Source of the DNA: an uncultured Methanosarcinaceae archaeon
GTDB taxonomy: Archaea; Halobacteriota; Methanosarcinia; Methanosarcinales; Methanosarcinaceae
NCBI GenBank assembly: GCA_963733675.1
Contig: CAVTET010000003.1
Span: forward strand, 128,001 to 192,000
Direction: 5' to 3'
Length of the DNA stretch: 64,000 nucleotides
A program made the translations under genes and the position numbers. Below, one piece after another: positions 61,436-64,000 of this stretch (position 1 is its first letter; each line of letters begins with the position of its first letter). Under the pieces are notes generated by a model. It had not been told where the DNA came from and did not search any database. It worked only from the letters and a program-made list of their open reading frames with translations.

Positions 61436-61677
61436 TCAAAAATGTTTGGTAATGTCTAAACCACAAGACTTGTCTACTATTTTTAAAAATGCGAATCATC
61501 ATTTTATTGAGCTGTGGCATTGACTAAAAACAAATTTAATATATGTGATCAAAATCATATTTGAGCCATCGATGACAATTCATTGATTAGTTTTTAGACT
61601 ATTTGAACACCAAATTTAGAATAAACATCCTGCCCAAAATAAAAATAGAGTCGATGTTTAAAAAAAGGTTAAATTGA

Positions 61678-62676
61678 GGCTCTGTAGAAATCCTCTAAAT
61701 TGATGCAAATTATTTCTACAACTTTTTTGTCTATGTTGTACACTATGAGTTTTAAGTTTAATTTCCTTTACTTGATTACGGAACTTTCTTGCCCGAAGTA
61801 TTTCTCCAAACTTCTTTTTCACTACAGAGAATGTTGTCTCTGCCATATTCCTTTGATTGTATTTAATTTTGTCAAAGACCAGATGTAATTGTTTTCTATA
61901 TTTTCCCCCGACTTTCTTCCTTTTTCTCTGCCTTAAAGGTATAATTGAGTCTGCCTTCATTTTTCTCTAATTAGAGCATGAATCGTTTCAGAATCATACC
62001 CTTTATCCATCACATAACATTCAGACCTTCTTATCCTATTTGATTTCTTATCAGAGCATTTGCATGTTTAATCTCGTGATCTGTTTTTTGACTGATTTTC
62101 CATCCTAATATTACCATTTTATTTGTGTCTACCGATATTGAAGTTTTCAGGAAGCTTTTTCGAAGCTTCCCTGTTCTGCGGGAATAATAATAACTTGCGT
62201 AGGAACTCGTAAATCCTATTGCATCAATCGCTGTAATAGAGACATTTTCTCCATGTGAGTAAAATAGCTTTAGAATCCTTGACAAAATGAGGTTAAACAG
62301 GGAAGAAAGAATTCTTGATACAAACTTTTGAAGAGTAGTGAACTGTGGAATCTTATCAAGATCAAGTTTTTTATACAGTTTATAGGGTCAATAAGTTCTA
62401 CAAAATCACGATAGTCTGTGCTTATATACTCCTTCACTAAAACAAGAACAAGAAGCTGATGCTGAGTATAAACATGTTTGGAATATTTGCAGGAATAAAG
62501 CTTCAGTCTCGAAGACTGAACAGTTTCAAGGCTAGCATCAACAAATTTAATGTATTTATTCGATTTCAATATTGAGTGTTCCTTCGTTGTTGTGGGGAAA
62601 AATAAGGAGTTATATTATAACATAATAGCTATAAAATATAGTGTAGAAATTCAATTTAGAGGATTTCTACAGAGCC
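61678..62676 (-). mobile_element. IS5-family element (GGC-terminal), frameshifted transposase
   Basis: Perfect 26-bp TIR GGCTCTGTAGAAATCCTCTAAATTGA, 8-bp flanking duplication TAAATTGA, motifs AIDA.GF, MDKGYDSE and ETTFSVVK. Confidence 0.93.
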
Positions 62677-62819
62677 TAAATTGAAAAATACTTATATTAT
62701 TTGTGACTGCTATTCGAAGAGTTTCATATTTGTTTTGAGTTTAAGAAAAGTGAAATGAAATTTATTTTTGTGTTACTTATTTTTATTCCTAACATCTTAC
62801 TTCAAAACCTTTAGCTTTA

Positions 62820-63713
62820 TCATTTATTAATTTCATTGATTTTTGCAATAAATTCAGTGTTCTGAATTGCATTTTGTAATATACCCAGTTCTTCTGGAGA
62901 AAAGCCGAGCGCAAGTCCAAGAAGCTGAGAATAGTGAAGTACAGGAATCGAGTAATTTGTTCCGAATTTCTCATTGACTGCAAGCTGTCCCCTGTCAAAC
63001 TGGAGATGGCAGAAGGGACATGCATTGACAATACAATCCACATCTGCCTTCTGAATGCAGGCAAGTTTACGCTCAAGTATTTCCATGGATTCTGTGGCGT
63101 GTCCTGAACGTACTCCACCTCCTGCCCCGCAACAGATCATTTTGTCTTTGTAGTCCACGCTTTTTGGACCTATGGCTTCAACAAGCTCGTCAAAGAAAAC
63201 TGGATACTCCGTTTCTCCAAGATTTCGGTCTTTTGATGGTTTTATCAGGTGACATCCATAGTGAAGAGCCACTTTCAAGTTAAGGGGCCTTGTAATATAG
63301 TCCTTGAGTTTATCAGGCCCAAACTCCTTATATAGAAACTCGATTATATGCCTTATTTCTATAGTTCCCTTAAATTCCATGCCAATTCTTTTCAAGCAGC
63401 TGTTTGTATAGGCTTTCATTTCGGGATCCTTTTTCAGTTCCATGTTAGCATCTGCCAGGGAGCTATAGCAGCCATTACAGATTGTCAGGATATCCCTTCC
63501 TAGTTTTTCAGATAGAACTATGTTTCGGCTTGCTAAGGCAAGCCATGTTGCTTTGTCAAAGGACTTGAACACCCCAGGTGCAGGGCAACAAGAGGCACCT
63601 GGCAAATCGCAAGCATCTACCCCAAGCTTCTGCAGGCAGAGCTTCGTTGCTTTCTCAATTCCTGGGTAACGGTTAGGTACGATGCAGCCAAGAAAAAGCG
63701 ATAGTTTTGCCAT
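62820..63713 (-). CDS. hdrB: CoB-CoM heterodisulfide reductase subunit B
   Basis: FLGC, SCCPAPG, CNGC, HYGCH, CCGAGGG, CPFCHLQFD. Confidence 0.95.
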   Translation of the reverse strand: MAKLSLFLGCIVPNRYPGIEKATKLCLQKLGVDACDLPGASCCPAPGVFKSFDKATWLALASRNIVLSEKLGRDILTICNGCYSSLADANMELKKDPEMKAYTNSCLKRIGMEFKGTIEIRHIIEFLYKEFGPDKLKDYITRPLNLKVALHYGCHLIKPSKDRNLGETEYPVFFDELVEAIGPKSVDYKDKMICCGAGGGVRSGHATESMEILERKLACIQKADVDCIVNACPFCHLQFDRGQLAVNEKFGTNYSIPVLHYSQLLGLALGFSPEELGILQNAIQNTEFIAKINEINK

Positions 63714-63725
63714 AAATTCTACTCC

Positions 63726-63890
63726 TTATTTTTCAGCCATCAGCTTGCCAAATTCACAAACTATGGAAAGGGTTTTTAGTTCTTCGTGGGCTTCCATATA
63801 CTTATGTGTAGTCTCAAATATGGATTCAAGTTCTATATTTTCCATTTTTTTCTGCATTCTTCGTCTAAAGGAACTGCTGTGCGTACTGCA
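63726..63890 (-). pseudogene. hdrC: heterodisulfide reductase subunit C, C-terminal remnant
   Basis: AVPLDEE..ETTHKY.EA.EELKTL..CEFGKLMAEK directly upstream of hdrB, with a frameshift. Confidence 0.65.
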
Positions 63891-63899
63891 TCACTATTT

Positions 63900-64000
63900 A
63901 TATTTAGATGCCATATATGCAATTTTTCTTGCTAGAGCATTAATCGCTTTTGAGAATCCAATTGATTTCTTATTTCGGCATTTTTTTAATTTGCTATTGT
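63900..64000 (-). pseudogene. IS110-like transposase fragment
   Basis: NSKLKKCRNKKSIGFSKAINALARKI resembles the IS110 C-terminus. Confidence 0.55.

Overview
AT-rich archaeal DNA, most likely from a Methanosarcina-type methanogen (inferred from hdrB, aksE/leuD paralogs, archaeal rps17e/rps15 and arfC). Intact housekeeping genes (pyk, class I aldolase, dapA/dapB, rps17e, rps15, arfC, queE/queD, aksE, leuD, leuB, M42 peptidase, hdrB) sit among many pseudogenes, IS5/IS6/IS110/IS200/IS701 elements or remnants and three short MITE-like families, which indicates ongoing genome decay. The best candidate for an undescribed system is an intact, tightly coupled cassette at 13.7-19.6 kb: acyl-carrier protein, adenylating enzyme, PP-loop ATPase, NadE-like enzyme and, further downstream, a hexapeptide acyltransferase. 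Also notable are decayed small secreted His/Cys-rich peptide genes sharing a leader (40.8-43.4 kb), two long near-perfect inverted-repeat pairs, an unannotated 57-aa basic ORF and an intact hdrB beside a ruined hdrC. All calls come from reading the sequence by eye. No searches were run.
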